A stretch of 64,000 nt of DNA, from contig VJWM01000182.1 in assembly GCA_010909165.1 (NCBI GenBank), forward strand, positions 310,001-374,000, read 5' to 3'. Position numbers and translations under genes: made by a program. Positions 38,700 through 52,189 of the stretch are shown here, piece after piece (position 1 is the stretch's first letter; every line of letters begins with the position of its first letter). The notes under the pieces were generated by a model. That model saw only the letters and a list, made by a program, of their open reading frames with translations, was not told where the DNA came from and searched no databases. Source of the stretch: Anthoceros angustus (lineage: Eukaryota; Plantae; Anthocerotophyta).

Positions 38700-41668
38700 T
38701 CAAGGGACTTTCTTCTCCACCTTTGCTTGCCGGATAGGCGCCTTTGATTCCTCAGGGATAAGCCCTATCAATGTGATAGGGACCAAAGCAGCCATGGCTT
38801 GAATAAAAATCCCCAGAGGTAAGTAGGTGAAGCTGTTGGCGGAAATCTGTAGGTAGGAAGCAAGGGCTACTCCCAGGTATGCACTGAAGGTGTTGGCCAG
38901 GCAATGAGCTGACATAAAAAATGCAAACAAGGATCCCTCACTTCCAGCAGGGCATAGCTTCGCCAACAGTACCAGAAAAGGCAGCACCTTGAATTGTGCT
39001 ATGGCCTCCACGAATGCGCTCACCCCCAGGACAAACAATTCGTCCTTGATACCCAGTAGGAGGTTGACACGAGTGACCAAAAGAAAATCCGATAGCATAC
39101 AGAAACCGAGAAGACCCTGCACACATCCGACTACTCTGCGCAGTGGCAACTGTTTCAAGTAACGGTTGAAAAGAACACTCCCACCCATCAGGCCCAGCTG
39201 CCCCACGACCTTCTGCAGCCCAAGATACGCTGGATCGATATGCAGCTGTTGTGTTTGGAAGAAAAACAGGCTGCTACCAAGAGCCGGAATCATGGCATAC
39301 GAAGCTACGAACCATAAAATCGGCCTCAAGATTGCTGGCCTTCTTATTAGCTCCACCAACATGGTGTACTGCTGTGCCATCATCCCAAAGGCACTAGGTC
39401 GATCCAGAATGTCGACTTTTCCCAAAGTCGACAGTTCACAATTGCGTACAGGATCTATATAATCATCGCCCTGTTCTTTCACTCCACCTGCTGCCTGTAA
39501 TGCCAGCCTTGGACTACCCTCCATGCTACGATCCCCAACCTTTTCAGAACTGGACTCAGCTGCATCATCTTCTCCTACTAACCTGGCGGAGTCGTCTGCG
39601 CTCTCTATTTTACCGATGGTGATCTTGCTTTTCCGTTGCAGATTGGGCAAAAAACGCAACGCATTGCTTTTCAACGACACAAAACTCTTCCTCGGTGTCG
39701 TGGAAGATGCACCAGCAACATCCAACATCCCCAAGCCACCTAGTCCAAACGATCGCTCGCTAATTGTGCAGCAAACTAGAAGCTGAGCAGTTACCATGAG
39801 CAAGAAGATGGAAAACATTGTGTGGCAATCCATCCTCCTCAACGCCAGGCCGCCACATAGACTTCCTAAAACGCCCCCCGTCGCTAAGGCAGTCCAGGCT
39901 AAGGATTGCAGCTCACCTGCGCTGTTCTGGTCTTTTTTCCCAGCTTCTGCAACAAGTGCATCGTTCATCACTTCAGCAATTGCTGCCCCCATGTTGCTCA
40001 ATGCGAGGAGTACGGTCAACATCCCTAACGAGCTGGTTGCTCCAGGATGAGCGATGATAGCTCCCCATGACAAAACTTGCAGAGATGCTGCAAAGTATCA
40101 CCAGCAGAGTAGGTTAGCAGCTTATGGCACCTTCAACAAATACATGCATTCGCGGTTCAAGAATCCTGAAAATGGCTTGGCTTACCTGCTATGATCAAGT
40201 AAGGAACCCTGTGTGAGCCTCCAATGTAGAAGGCATCCGACAATATTCCATAAATTGGTTTCGCAACCATTGGCAAACTTGCAGAAGATAGAACGAATTG
40301 CATGGTGGCCGGATCCACCTGAAGGCCATCTTTGAACAGAAAGGACACAGCTAGCCATGGAAAACTTCGAAACCCTTGAATCCAGTAACCCATCACCAGC
40401 AGCCCCATAAAAGAAGCTCCGTAAGTCTTCTTCATGCGATTTAACCACGACACAAAGCCCATGTCGTCTGTATTTGTGGCCGCCAAAAGTTCAGATGCTG
40501 AAACTTGTGGGACAAACCTTCTACGATAAAGCAGCTTGGACAATCGCTCTGTGAGAAAGAATGTCCTGCATCCTTGCAGTACCTGCAGGTTGGTTGACTG
40601 TACTAGTGATGTCTGTCTGCTTGAGTTCAGTAAGGGGCTCTGGGGAACTCTGAACTTGCACTCTGCAAGCAAATGAGAAAACCGGAGGTTGCACAACCAT
40701 AACCAGGATCTTACCCCGCCAGACTGCAATGTCTTCGGAGTACTCACTAGCTTGGGCTCACTCAGGGCATGCAATGTGAGCACATTCGCTCTGTCAGCCA
40801 ACCATCTTTTGCACCACACCAAAAATGCTCTTGATCTGAAAGAAGCCTCCCTGCTCAGACCTTGCAATGCTAGCGAAACCTTCAGCAAGCAAACGGAAAG
40901 CTTGCTAGTAGAATGATCGCATCCCAAAGGCTGCAATTCTTTCAAGTTCACTGCTGGGAGGGTGGTAACTTGTGCATCGGAGCGTTGGTTGCTGACATGG
41001 CCCTTCAATGATCTGTACACTTTTCTCCCGATGTCTAGAGACCTGTAAGATGCTTCTGGTAAAAGACATGAATATTGAAGTAGCTGCCATCCTACCAAAG
41101 TGGGAAGAAGGCCAGATAAAAAGACATGCACGAACCAGAATTCCCTTGGGCCCCCAGTGAAAAGGTCATCCAAGCCCTGGGTGGTAGCAATGCAAGATGT
41201 CCTCAGTGCTGCCAAAGGTGTGCAGATACCCTCCAACCCCGCAAATTCGGTGCTCAGACCGCGAATATATTCAAAGTCATCGGCAGAGGCAAACACGCCA
41301 TGTCTCCCCGCCCTTGCAGCTAGAACACGATGTTTACAGTTGTCGCCAGCAATCCTAAACCGGCTCAAATCCTGTGACGCCAAAGATTTTTCTCCTCGAT
41401 CTACACGAGAAAGTTCTCGCCAACCTCTTGCTCCTCTTGAACAGCAGCTTTGCTGCCAGGTTGGTACCGTCGTCCTCAAGGCACCTCGAGGGAGGCTGCA
41501 ACAATGTGTTGCACAGGTATTACAAAACCGACCTTCAAGGCATACACTACTTCTCCTACCAAAATTCGGGAGGCGTGCTAATGGATCATCATGCGCATGA
41601 CAGTGAGCAGAAGAAAGTCGCGTACATGTCGCACCTACAATGGACTGCAGAGCAGGCAGACTTGCCAT
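38700..41668 (-). CDS. Folate-biopterin transporter (BT1/MFS), FBT8/9-like, probably plastid; 5' end uncertain
   Basis: Motifs GYWIQGFRSFPWLAV..LPMVAKPIYGILSDAFYIGGSHRVPY, AIAEVMNDALVAE, GELQSLAW and LAKLCPAGSEGSLFAFFMS. There is an intron near 40.08-40.18 kb and a long open N-terminal frame from ATG 41668. Confidence 0.88.
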
Positions 41669-43706
41669 CCACCTCCGTTTAAGACAAAATCCAGAAGTTT
41701 GACCCTGGACACACTCTCGGAAGAAGGTTACTCCTCCTTCCTCGGAGGAAGCTGCAGACAGAAACACGCGGCTTAGCGAATCACACAAATCGCAAAGCGT
41801 AGGTCAGCAGAATGAGCGGCCTGTGCTTGCAAAGAGCTTGGTTCAAACTCGATTCTGTCCCGTGAAGCGCTGCATCCATGAGAAGAATTATTCACCGTAC
41901 CCTGCTGCTCCTCTTTCGCAGGCAAAAGACATCATCCAGACGGACACTCGGCCTCTCTAACGACGTCTCCTCACAACCACAGCACAGCCAGACGTGATGC
42001 TGACACAACGTTTGCAATTGGCCTACGAGGCGCGGCCAAAATCCTAGAACGACAACTTCTACAGGGATCTCAACCTCCAACCGCATACCCTGACAGGCAA
42101 GAAATCCCTGACAATTGCGCATTCCACCTGCGTCCTCAGCGGGGGAAGCGGAATTTCACAACCCGACTCTCAGACCCCTGCCTGCTCTCTCTTTTTCCGG
42201 GACGCATACGCACATGCAAACCTGCCTGCTTGTGAAGACACTGGAGAGACGGTAGCGCATTCTTCGTTGGAACTCGGGGGCAAGAATGGCGGTGTGAGCA
42301 AATTTGAGACGGGCCAGGTGAGCAGTCAAAGGGTATGAATGAGCAGCAGCGGTACCTCCCGCCAATGACATCCAGCCGACTTCCTAGGGCATCGCGTCAT
42401 TCCAGCATACCAACTCCAGTGGGGTGTGCACACGCCGGTGAGGCGGCAGGTAGGAAAAAATCGGGAGCGGGCAGGTGTGCCCGGCGGGAATGAGCTCGGG
42501 GGGCTTGGGGACGCCGGATGGAAGGAGAAGGAGGCGACACCTGATGCGATGCTGCTGCGCGCGGAGAGGAAGCGCGACGCGCAACAAAAAAATCGCGCAG
42601 GCCAGCCTCCCGGCTCGAGTCAGACAATGGCAGCGCATGCAATGTGCTGGTCTCGCGCGCTCCAGCCTCCAACCTCCAGCTGCGGGCTGCAGGCCGGGCG
42701 GTGGCATCAGCCCACGTGGACCTCTGGCCTCGTCGCTATGCGTTTTTTAGTCACTGCCTAACTCACGTAGTCTAGGCTAGGTAGGTTTAGTGATGATTCC
42801 GCTCACGTAGAGCTGGCCCTCTTTCCAATGTTACGTTACATTTGAGCACTATCATCTCAAAATAAACTCCGATTTTCATACATAGGCAAACCCTAACCCC
42901 ACCCTTAGACCTTTCACTCGAGCTTCGAGGCATGCATGCCTGCTCTGGACAACATCAGATGCGGTGTGGCAGCAAGTCTTTCTCTCCACGGCTTCCTGCT
43001 TCCTGTGGGGCTTGGTCTTTTAGAGGGATTCGTGACGGATGGGATGTGTGTTCCTTGGGGTCTGGAGCCTGGTGGATGCTTGGGGCTGGAAGCAGCCACG
43101 ACTGCTGGAGAGACTTTGAGGTTCTGTGCACGGGTGTGCAAATAGAGGACTTCAGCCTGCAGGAGGTATTATGCGCAACTTATCTGCCCAGGAAGGGCCT
43201 GTGAATAAGTGAAGAAATCGGAGACGGTCTTGCAAGAGTGCTGTGGATGATTTAACATCACCCGGCTGCCGTGGAGTCACGAATCTGTTGCCGAACTGTC
43301 GCAAATCTTGCGTGCGAGGGCAGCAATCGGCATGCTCTGTCCTTGACGGAGTACGCATTGTTGTCCAGGGATCTCGATGGGTCCATACGGTCGAGCTCGC
43401 CCCGGGAGGCGAACGGACGAAGCAGCTTGAAGTTCAGGAAGCATTCATGACGTTTCGCAAATGGAGGCCTACGGCTTCTTGTGGGCCTTGTTGGGAAGGA
43501 GGCCAAGTCCATTCCCTGGTGGATACTAGGATCTGGAATCCTTAGTCACGAAGCACTGTGCAATGGGGAATAGAGGACTCCTGCAACAAGTGTGCGCGGC
43601 ACCTCATTTATAATAACAGCTGGAGTGGAGTGAGAGGAGTCACGAATTTCTTAACCATTCAGAATTTCTTAACCATCGAGAATTCCTTCCGAAGTAGTCA
43701 TGCTAC

Positions 43707-44300
43707 TGTTAGAAATGATTTATTACAACATATCAAAATATAAAGAGTGCCTTAAAAATAGGTTACGAAGAGTGCCCAAAAAATAACATACTTTTACACT
43801 TTCTAGAAAGTCACGTGTCTTCTAGAGAGTATCTTCTAGAAAGCCCAAAAGTAAAGGGCAGGTCAAGTGACCACTAGAATTCAAGGCGAAGTGACCAATA
43901 GGATTCAAGGTAAGTGACCAAAAGGATTCAAGGTCAAGTGACCAATAGGATTCAAGGCTAGGACTATATAAGGCTAAGCCCACCTACATGTGAGGTGTGT
44001 TATGTGCAAGTGTTCTTCCTTACTTGTGTGATAGTACCTAGTGTGCCTAGTATATATAACCCATATTGTAAGGGAGTGTTGTGTTTCCTTTCGATGAAAG
44101 GCTAAGCTCTTTCCCGGTCCGGGCTCCTCAGACAAAATACGCGCTTGAGGTGAAGGTGATGCTTGCCCTCCAACATGAGGGGAACGTAATCTAGATCATA
44201 AGGGTAATTTAGTCTAGATCTAGAGACAAAAGGGGAATGTAGTCTAGATCATGAGGGGAATTTAGTCTACATCTAGAGACAAAGTGAACTTCACCCTCTG
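43707..44300. mobile_element. LTR-like TE remnant with ~23-bp tandem repeats
   Basis: It starts TGTTAGAAAT like the 11144 LTR and contains aagtgaccaataggattcaagg x4 (43865-43957) followed by ctatataagg. No right terminus or TSD was established. Confidence 0.45.
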
Positions 44301-44787
44301 AAAGCAAGTCTTGCCATTGCCCCTCTAGTTAAGAAAGACAAGATGTTCATTATGGTGACATCGAAAATATAGCTAAACTCTCGTGTTACATACCTCTGTT
44401 TCGACATCACTCTTCGGGTGCAAACGGCCTTAACATGCAAACGATTACTGATTTTTCCTATTTTCTTGCACAGATACATCTAACATAGTATTGAGGGGTT
44501 TACGATTTTTCTTATTTTTTTCAGAATCGTGACAATTACCAGCAGCCAGCACACCGGTAGCCTGAAAATTCATAACAAAACACACTCGCATAACTGTGGA
44601 TCGAAAGACTCAAAATGAGTCGATTCGGTCGTGGTGGGCTTTGTCATGGCCAAGCTTTCTTAAGCCCTAAGAAATTGCTTTCTTAACTGATATATATATA
44701 TATAATCAAGATAAATAACTAACTACATCATACACTTGCCCTATTTTTGGTCACTTTTTGTTATTAAGTATTTTTTATCAGTTTATG

Positions 44788-44887
<100 letters not shown>

Positions 44888-45514
44888 CATAAACTGCACA
44901 CTTACTATCTATAGTTGTTATCACTATACGTATTATCTCCCTGCTTGTTAAATTTCTCAATATATAGGCTATCACTCAATCTTAATCTTTTTTCTAGTGG
45001 AGGAGAAACTAAGAACGATATTTGGAGTTACTTTGGATCGAAGTTATACTACGTTGAGATTAGTGGTGTTTGAGGCTTGCTTAAAATTTAAGAAAACCTC
45101 TAGATTAATTAAGAAAGCAATTTTTTAGGGCTTAAGAAAGCTTCCCTATATCATGGGTGAGCTAGCCTTAGAAAGGGAATACTTCCTGCACATTTTTGCT
45201 TAGAAGGATACACGTCTCAGAGGTTGTGGAAGCGTAGAGTGACTTGTGAGGTTGGAAGAGAGATTGGGATATAAAATAGCATTAAGTAATGCTAGAGCAT
45301 AAGTTCATATGGAGATAAAATATGGTCCCAATACTCTTTGATATCTCTCTTGTACTCTTAAGCTTTTTTATTCATATTAAAGAGCAGCAACAAGGGGTGG
45401 TCTGCGAGTCATCCTAGGGTCAACAATGGGCTACTTGGAGGTGCTGTAGTAGAGCCCAAGTGCGTATGCAGATGCATATGGCCCCAACATGAGTGTCCGT
45501 TGTTCATCTTTACA

Positions 45515-45665
45515 TTGTCTAGGTGATCTTCTTCAAACTTAATTATAGTGTCCATTGCTCATCGTTAGGTTGTGTAGGTGATCTTCTTCAAACTCAATTA
45601 TAGTGTCCATTGCTCATCGTTAGATTGTCCTAGTGATCATCTTCATACTTCACTTTAATGTCCAT
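45515..45665. repeat. ~55-bp tandem repeat x~2.5
   Basis: taggtgatcttcttcaaact(t/c)aattatagtgtccattgctcatcgttag is repeated. Confidence 0.85.
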
Positions 45666-46080
45666 TATTTCTGTATGATCTCCTGGATGCTTATCTTTAG
45701 ATTGTTTTCAGTAATTAGTTAAGAGTGTAATTAAGAATTTAACTTAGACTTTAATTAAGAGGCCTTGGAAATGATAGGACATAAAGCCCTCAGTTTGGAA
45801 CATGCTTTGCACTAGGAAATCATTGCATCATGCTACGTCCGCTGGCTAGGATCAACTATTAACAGTGACTAGTTTTGTGCCTTTACGATTAGGCGAGACC
45901 CCAACAAGTTGGGGGTCTCTAACCGTTTCGCAGTCTGGAGATACTTGATTACGAGGTACAAAATTCTTCGTTATTTCACTCAAGATATATCCGCCCTTCC
46001 CACACTGCACCTTGCGTGCGAATCCACGTTAGAAAGGAGAGAGGGGGAACCATGGTTTCACACAAGAAGAAGCAACAGCG

Positions 46081-49000
46081 TCACTGGTTAATCTGAATTC
46101 CGAGTCTTAAAGCGGTAAGCATTGCCTGACCAGCAAAGGCAAAATCGGGATGGCGCATTAAAACTAGTTCGACTGAAAGTCCAACTCCATCGTCACTTTG
46201 TAGCAGGGGCAGTGTCTCCTCAAAAGTACCCCCAACGTCTCCGGCACCTGTATCTCCGTAACAGCGAGCGGAAGCAAGACAAAGGGCGGTACCTTGCAAG
46301 AATTGCAAATGGTGCTCGTCACTCCACCCCTCATCTTCAGATACCTGCCGCATTGTAGCCCAGTCATCTTGATCAGCAGCCCAAACCCACGCACTTTCCA
46401 GAAGGCTCTTATTTCCTCTCCTGAAAGCTTCTCCAGCTAGGGCAAAAACATCAAACACACTGATCACAAGTTCCTTGCATTTGTGTTTAAGGCAAGCTTC
46501 TATGAGTTGCCTTGCAGAGAGGACTTCATCACCAACAATGCCAGCTTCAACGGCTCTGGCCTGAACATCAAGTATCCCAATGTCAGCATCCAGACGTGCC
46601 AGTTTCTCCTCTGCTTCACGGCCTTCGGTCGAGGCTGCCAAAGCAGAGAGCTTAGCAAGGTACAACAAATGCATCCTATCTTCCAGTTTCCATGATTCCA
46701 AAGTCTCATCCGGAGAGTCATGCATTGCATCTTCACCCACAGGACAGACCTTCGTATTCGATAGAGCCAGAGAGTGAAGAACAGATGACGCAGAGCCCAG
46801 GCTTTCCAGAAACAAATCATGTAACCAGGCTAGATCTCTGTGCTCATGAAGAAAGAATTTCAATTCCTCCTGAAACTCTTCACCTAAGATAAGAAGCCTT
46901 GCGTACTGTTCCTTCCCATAATATTGCTCGAACACATAGTGACAAAAACTACCTTCCTTTGACCCCATGCTCTCACGCATCAAGCTTCGCAGTTGGTCGC
47001 CATCATTTAGATCTGAGCAAATGTCAAAAAGTGTTTGATACCCTGCATGGCGTTGTGCCAGTGCCATGAGAGAAGGGTAGATCTCCTCCAGCACAACACT
47101 TCTCTGATGCTCATTGTGGTCAGAGGTGGCCATTTCCTTGGCTTGCTGGTACAAAGCATTGAGAACAACATCTCTCTTCATGCCATATTCACTTTGTAAT
47201 CCTCTGTGTTCTTCGCCTCTCTCTATTTTTGCTTTCATGGCACCTGAATACCCCTCAAGCATCATATCCGAGACTTCCTCTAACCTGGTAGCTAGCACTT
47301 GCGTCAATTCAGGATGAGAGGTTGCTATCTCTGACTTCAACTCCATAACAAGAGCAGCCAACTTCCATAGACCTGAGCGGATTGTCGCACTGCAATACCA
47401 GGGAGTTAGACCTTCTGGAGACGGGTACCAAAGCTGCTGAGAATCTCTGTATCGGATTGCAGCTCGAAGTGACATTGAACAAGCATCAGCAAGCTCACAC
47501 AGTCTCTGAGCTCGCTGAAGGGAGGGATACTCCAGTCCGATTATCGATTCGCCATGGTGATCTATGCATGCAAAAAACTCTTCCAAGTCCGAGACCCGAG
47601 AGTAAAAGACCTCTGCCTTTTCCCGGTTCATAAGCACTGCATAAGTCCTTCGTAACTTTTCTCCCACCAGCTGAACAGTATCCCAAAGTGCTCCAACGAG
47701 CTCACCGCCCGCCTGGGACTGTGTGTACATATCTCCAGTCTCCGTGGCACGAAATGGATGCCGCCCCTGAGCTCGAGAGTTGTGCAATTCCCTGAGCTTC
47801 ATCATGGCAGCAAGCTTCTCTCCATGTTCCAGAATAGTCTGCAACGCCTCCCTTTGCCTCTGCTGGAGCTCCTCGTGACACCCAGAAGACACTAGGAAGT
47901 TCAGATACTGTTGATGCTGCCGCTGCTTCTCAGCAAACTGAGACGACACAATGGATGTACCTGCATCCCCACCTCTGGTCCAGTGCTTCCCAAGTGTATC
48001 CACGATGGCCTTGCTCGTTCTTGCAAACACGTTCACGTCCCCTTCCCTATCAAAAGCCCTTGCCCTCTGCAGCTTAGCAAGAGCATTCTCCACTAGGCCA
48101 GACGACGTGAACTGCTGCAACAGCTGGGCTACTATCTCTTCAGTCTCCTCATCCCGCACAGGACGCTGAGCCACGGCCTTCGGCAACTTCAGATCTCTGT
48201 TATCAGCCACAGGCCCGCTCTCCGAGCTAACCCTGCGCAGAGCAATGCTCCCGAACGTCTGCTTCCTCCTCTCCTCATTCGCAGTCTCTTCATTGGAGCT
48301 GCCCCTTCGAGACAGGTTCCTTTGCGGAGGCTCCACCCCACCCAACAGCACAACCTTCTCCGGAATCACCCACACCCCAGCCTTCTCCGTCAGCACAACC
48401 CAAGACCCCTCATCCCCATCCTCCAAAGGACGAACAACAGACGCATCCAGCACCTTCCCCACATCCCACGGCACATCAAACTGATACAGTCTCAGGCTCC
48501 CATTCCTCGCAGAATGGGCCACCGTCGCCGTCCCATCCCCTGCCAGAATCACCGCCGACCCAGCAGGCTTCCCCCCAGTCCGCAGCCGCATGGAGTACAA
48601 AAAATCCTCCTCCTCCACTCTAGCCTTGGGCAAGATAACCTGCATGGCCGCCTTCTTCTCCACAGGAGCCACCACCCCATGCCCACCCGACCCCCCAGTC
48701 CCATGCAACAAAAACGTAAGCAACGAATACTGCATGTAATTCGAATTGTTGTTCCTATCCTTCAAATACGACGCCACCAAAACCGTAAACTCCTTCCCCG
48801 CCTGGTCCACCTGCAAATCCAGCAACCACACCTGCTTCTGCCCTGCAAACTCCTTCTGCACAGAGTCCCTAACCTTGTCGCTCCCAGCATTGTCCACAAT
48901 AAAATCATGCGACCAAGCCGCAGTCACACTCCCGCCCCGCCAGCTCCACATCCCAACACTCCACCCCTTAGCCGTGAGCAGCAGGAGCTGCCGCGACCCC

Positions 49001-49981
49001 TCTCCAGCCACAACATCCGGCGTCCGCCACGCCAAACACCGCATCGAGGAGCTGTTGAGGGAGATAATCCCTAACCCCGCCCTCGTCATCTCATCCACAC
49101 TCCGCACAATTCTCTGCCGGGTCACCTCCTGCGGGCTGCAATTCAACCTGTACAGCTCCCCCCCGGCCCTCCCCGCGATGGCCACGCAGCTCCTCCCCCC
49201 GGCCCCGGGCACGGCCGACGCCGCCAAACCCTTGACGAGGTTATGCTCCCTGGACCCTGCCCCCCCGCTCCAGGACGCGGCCGGCCTCCTGGCAGCCGCG
49301 GCGCTGGGCTCCGCGTCCCCGCCCTGCTGCGCGGCGGAGGCCACCACCACCGCCGGGCAGTACCCGTCCCTGAAGGCCTGCGGCCAGTACGCCACGGCCA
49401 GAGTCTTCTGGTTGCAGAGCAGCACGCTGACGCTGGGAACACCCTCCTGCTGCCCCCCAGCCGCAGGTCCTGCTCCTGCTCCTGCTCCACCAGGCACACC
49501 AGCCACTGATCGGCATGCTTGTCCGAGAACCCCAGCTCGGCCGGCACGGTGAGCACGGCGCAGTCCGGGGCGCCTGGCCCCCAGATGGCTCCACACGAAC
49601 ACGCGCTCCGCCTGCAGCAGCCACGAGGCCCAGGCGGGCGTCCATCCCTCCCGCACGCCCAGCTGCCGCTCCGCATGGCTGCGCACCTGCCGGGGAAGTC
49701 GCACACCAGCGCCGGCTGGCTGCCGTCGGAGCCTTCAGATTGGCGCCGCCGCCTCTCGAGTGCTGCGCCGCCCACGGGGTGCAGGGCGTCGAGGGCAGGG
49801 CTGCGCCATAGCCCGCCGCGGCCCGGTCGGGAGAAGGCCGCACTGGAGCGGGCGGAGTGGTAGGAGGAAGCGCACCTCCTGCTGCTCCTGCTGCTGCAGC
49901 TGCGGATGCCGATGCCTGGAGTCTGGCATCCCGTCCCCTCCCTGGCCCGCCCAGGAGCTTCGCCTTTGCGGGAGAAAACAT
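46081..49981 (-). CDS. NUP133: Nucleoporin Nup133; apparently intronless; several frameshifts in the GC-rich 5' ~550 nt
   Basis: It starts MFSPAK (ATG 49981). Motifs include GGMD, RVFVWSH, LCNQKTLAVAYW, ILPKARVEEEDFLYSMRLRTGGKP.GSAVILAGDGTAT, LYQFDVPWDVGKVLDASV and YRDSQQLWYPSPEGLTPWYC. Confidence 0.93.
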
Positions 49982-50340
49982 CCGCCTGATCTGCCTGCCT
50001 GCCCTATCGACCCTGCCATATCACTCCCATCGCTTCTTGCTCGCCCAGCAGTTTGAATGCCGCGCAGGCGGAAAGGAAGCCTCTTCCTCTTCCAAATTGC
50101 ATCACGAAAACATAGGGGTGAGTACATTATAGAAACCAATAGTGTCATACAATGTAACCTTATACAATATAACCTTTATCTTAGTATGGGAAGAATATGT
50201 TCTCTGAGTGTTGAACCCGTGCCTGCTGGCTAGAAGGCAGTAATCCTATCCTGTATACTCCAAACCCCGATTCATAAACCTTTCTTCATCCTCTCCCTAC
50301 TTGATCCAGAGTCTTTTGCCTAAGGGAGTGAGTTCACCTA

Positions 50341-50553
50341 ATGTGGGTCCAAATGGTTTAAGCCAAATGGACATATAACAGCGCCGTGATTAAGCATCCT
50401 GAGCTTAGATCAGTACTTAGATGGGGTGCCTAAAGGGAGTGGATGCCCTTGGTACAAGTAGCTTAGGCACACCATGGTATAAGTTGTTAAGTACCAAGTC
50501 CCATGACGGAAATCCGTCCTTAGTGGACTTCAATAAAATTCTTCTTCTTCTTC
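50341..50553 (+). mobile_element. SINE-like structured repeat, copy C
   Basis: Highly similar to copy A from gtccaaatgg to ccttagtggac-AATAAA-(TTC)n. No clear TSD. Confidence 0.85.
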
Positions 50554-51514
50554 TATTCTATTACTATATATCCAAAATTAAAATATTATAAGTAGGTAAT
50601 GTAAAGTTTTAGAGGTAAAGAATCACTTGACTTCAAAATTTTATATTAAAATAATATTAAAATTGTATATTTCAATCAAATAAGTTATAATTTGTACGTT
50701 TATTAACTATCGGTTCCTAACCCGGAATATGGAAAGCTAATAGCTTTGTACGTGTCCAAATCAGTGGTGTAAGGCCTCTAGACCTTACACAATTTCCTCA
50801 AGCTAGCTAATATATAGCCCAAAGATTAAAAACAATATTATCTGGTGGCTATTGTTCGGAGATTTACAATCTCATTTTCTAATTCCCACTTGGAATATAT
50901 ACATGATTCACAATTGTGGTCTTTTCAACCGTTGGACAATGGTAGGAGAGCACGGTGACTTGATCTTCAAATAAAAATTTATGGATGCATTATAGAACCA
51001 ATAATACAGTATTCCTTCAAGTTCAAGGTCATGATATAGACTTCTCAAGTATGTGGAGATGCAATAATGTCCCGTTTATATTTTTATTTATTATATGAGT
51101 TTAATGGATACATATGTTGTGATGATATGTTTGTTGTAGGGTGTTACAAGCTTATACAATTGGAATTGAAGTTTGCGATATTTGAGAGGCAATTTTCGAG
51201 GATCCATGGACTAACACACAAAAAAATGTTTTGATGCTGTAAAAATAGATGCAATGGTGAATATGAGTAAAGGGGATAAGGGGATCAATGGACTACCACA
51301 AAAACAAATGTTTTGATGGTGTAAAAACTGATGCAATAGTAAATATGAGTGTGGTGGATAAGGTATCTGTCATTACTATTGTAATCTGAGATGTTCGTTC
51401 AATGATATTTTTCTTTTTTAAATTATTTGGGTTTGTACTTACCTAATCTCGTGATGTATATAGAGTATACAGTGCGAAAGGCTTGTATGGCGTGAAAACA
51501 GGTTGAAAATCAAT

Positions 51515-52189
51515 ATGGAATCACATGAAGAAAACAAGTTGAAAATGAAAATTGAATCGCATGAAGAAAACAAGTTGAAAACCAATATTCAGTCGCATGA
51601 AGAAAATAAGTTGAAAAGCAATATTAAGTCACATGAAGAAAACAAGTTAAAAACCAATATTGAGTCAAATATGGATGAGAAGATGTGCATAGGAGAAGGT
51701 TTAGGAGTGTCAGACGATATCTCTCTTCCATCTTGGACAAAATTATTTTCAAATGAAGATAACATACGCATTATACATCAAGAATATAAAAATGATGGTT
51801 CTCCGTTCACTATATATGTGGGGCAAAGTAAGGAAGTGCAAAAAGTAACTCAACATTTTAAACCACTTTCTTCTATGCATATATTTTCAGAAAATAATTT
51901 TAAGGAAGAAATAAAATCTGAGACGACTATTTACTTACCGTTTTTACATGGACCACGTAACGATCACTTCGTACTACAAACAACTTGTATGCCAAGAGTG
52001 CACATTAATGTAAAGTTTGAGATACTCCATGCTGCGATTGTATGGCTAGATATGTGCAAAGATTACAATGATGAAGATGGTTTCTCGGCTATTTTATGTA
52101 TTGGTCATGACATGTATGTCGGAGAGATAAACAAATTGATTGACTTTCATGTTAGGTTGGATTATTTTAGACATAATGTTAGTAACTAA
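51515..52189 (+). CDS. Orphan AT-rich ORF with 12-aa tandem repeats (SHEENKLKxNIx), probably TE-associated
   Basis: About 224 aa from ATG 51515, with a 36-nt tandem repeat x4-5 followed by ~170 aa of non-repetitive sequence with no recognised family. An open frame this long in AT-rich DNA is suggestive only. Confidence 0.4.
   Translation: MESHEENKLKMKIESHEENKLKTNIQSHEENKLKSNIKSHEENKLKTNIESNMDEKMCIGEGLGVSDDISLPSWTKLFSNEDNIRIIHQEYKNDGSPFTIYVGQSKEVQKVTQHFKPLSSMHIFSENNFKEEIKSETTIYLPFLHGPRNDHFVLQTTCMPRVHINVKFEILHAAIVWLDMCKDYNDEDGFSAILCIGHDMYVGEINKLIDFHVRLDYFRHNVSN

Noticed and set aside
42900-43550. Faint NB-ARC-like wording (IAALARKI..) on the minus strand
   Set aside because: There is no P-loop, kinase-2 or MHD motif, and the similarity is too weak to call by eye.
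43865-43957. Regularly spaced ~23-bp repeats (also 51520-51660, 59815-59910, 60325-60368) considered as CRISPR-like
   Set aside because: They are head-to-tail tandem repeats with no unique spacers, in a eukaryotic context with no cas genes.
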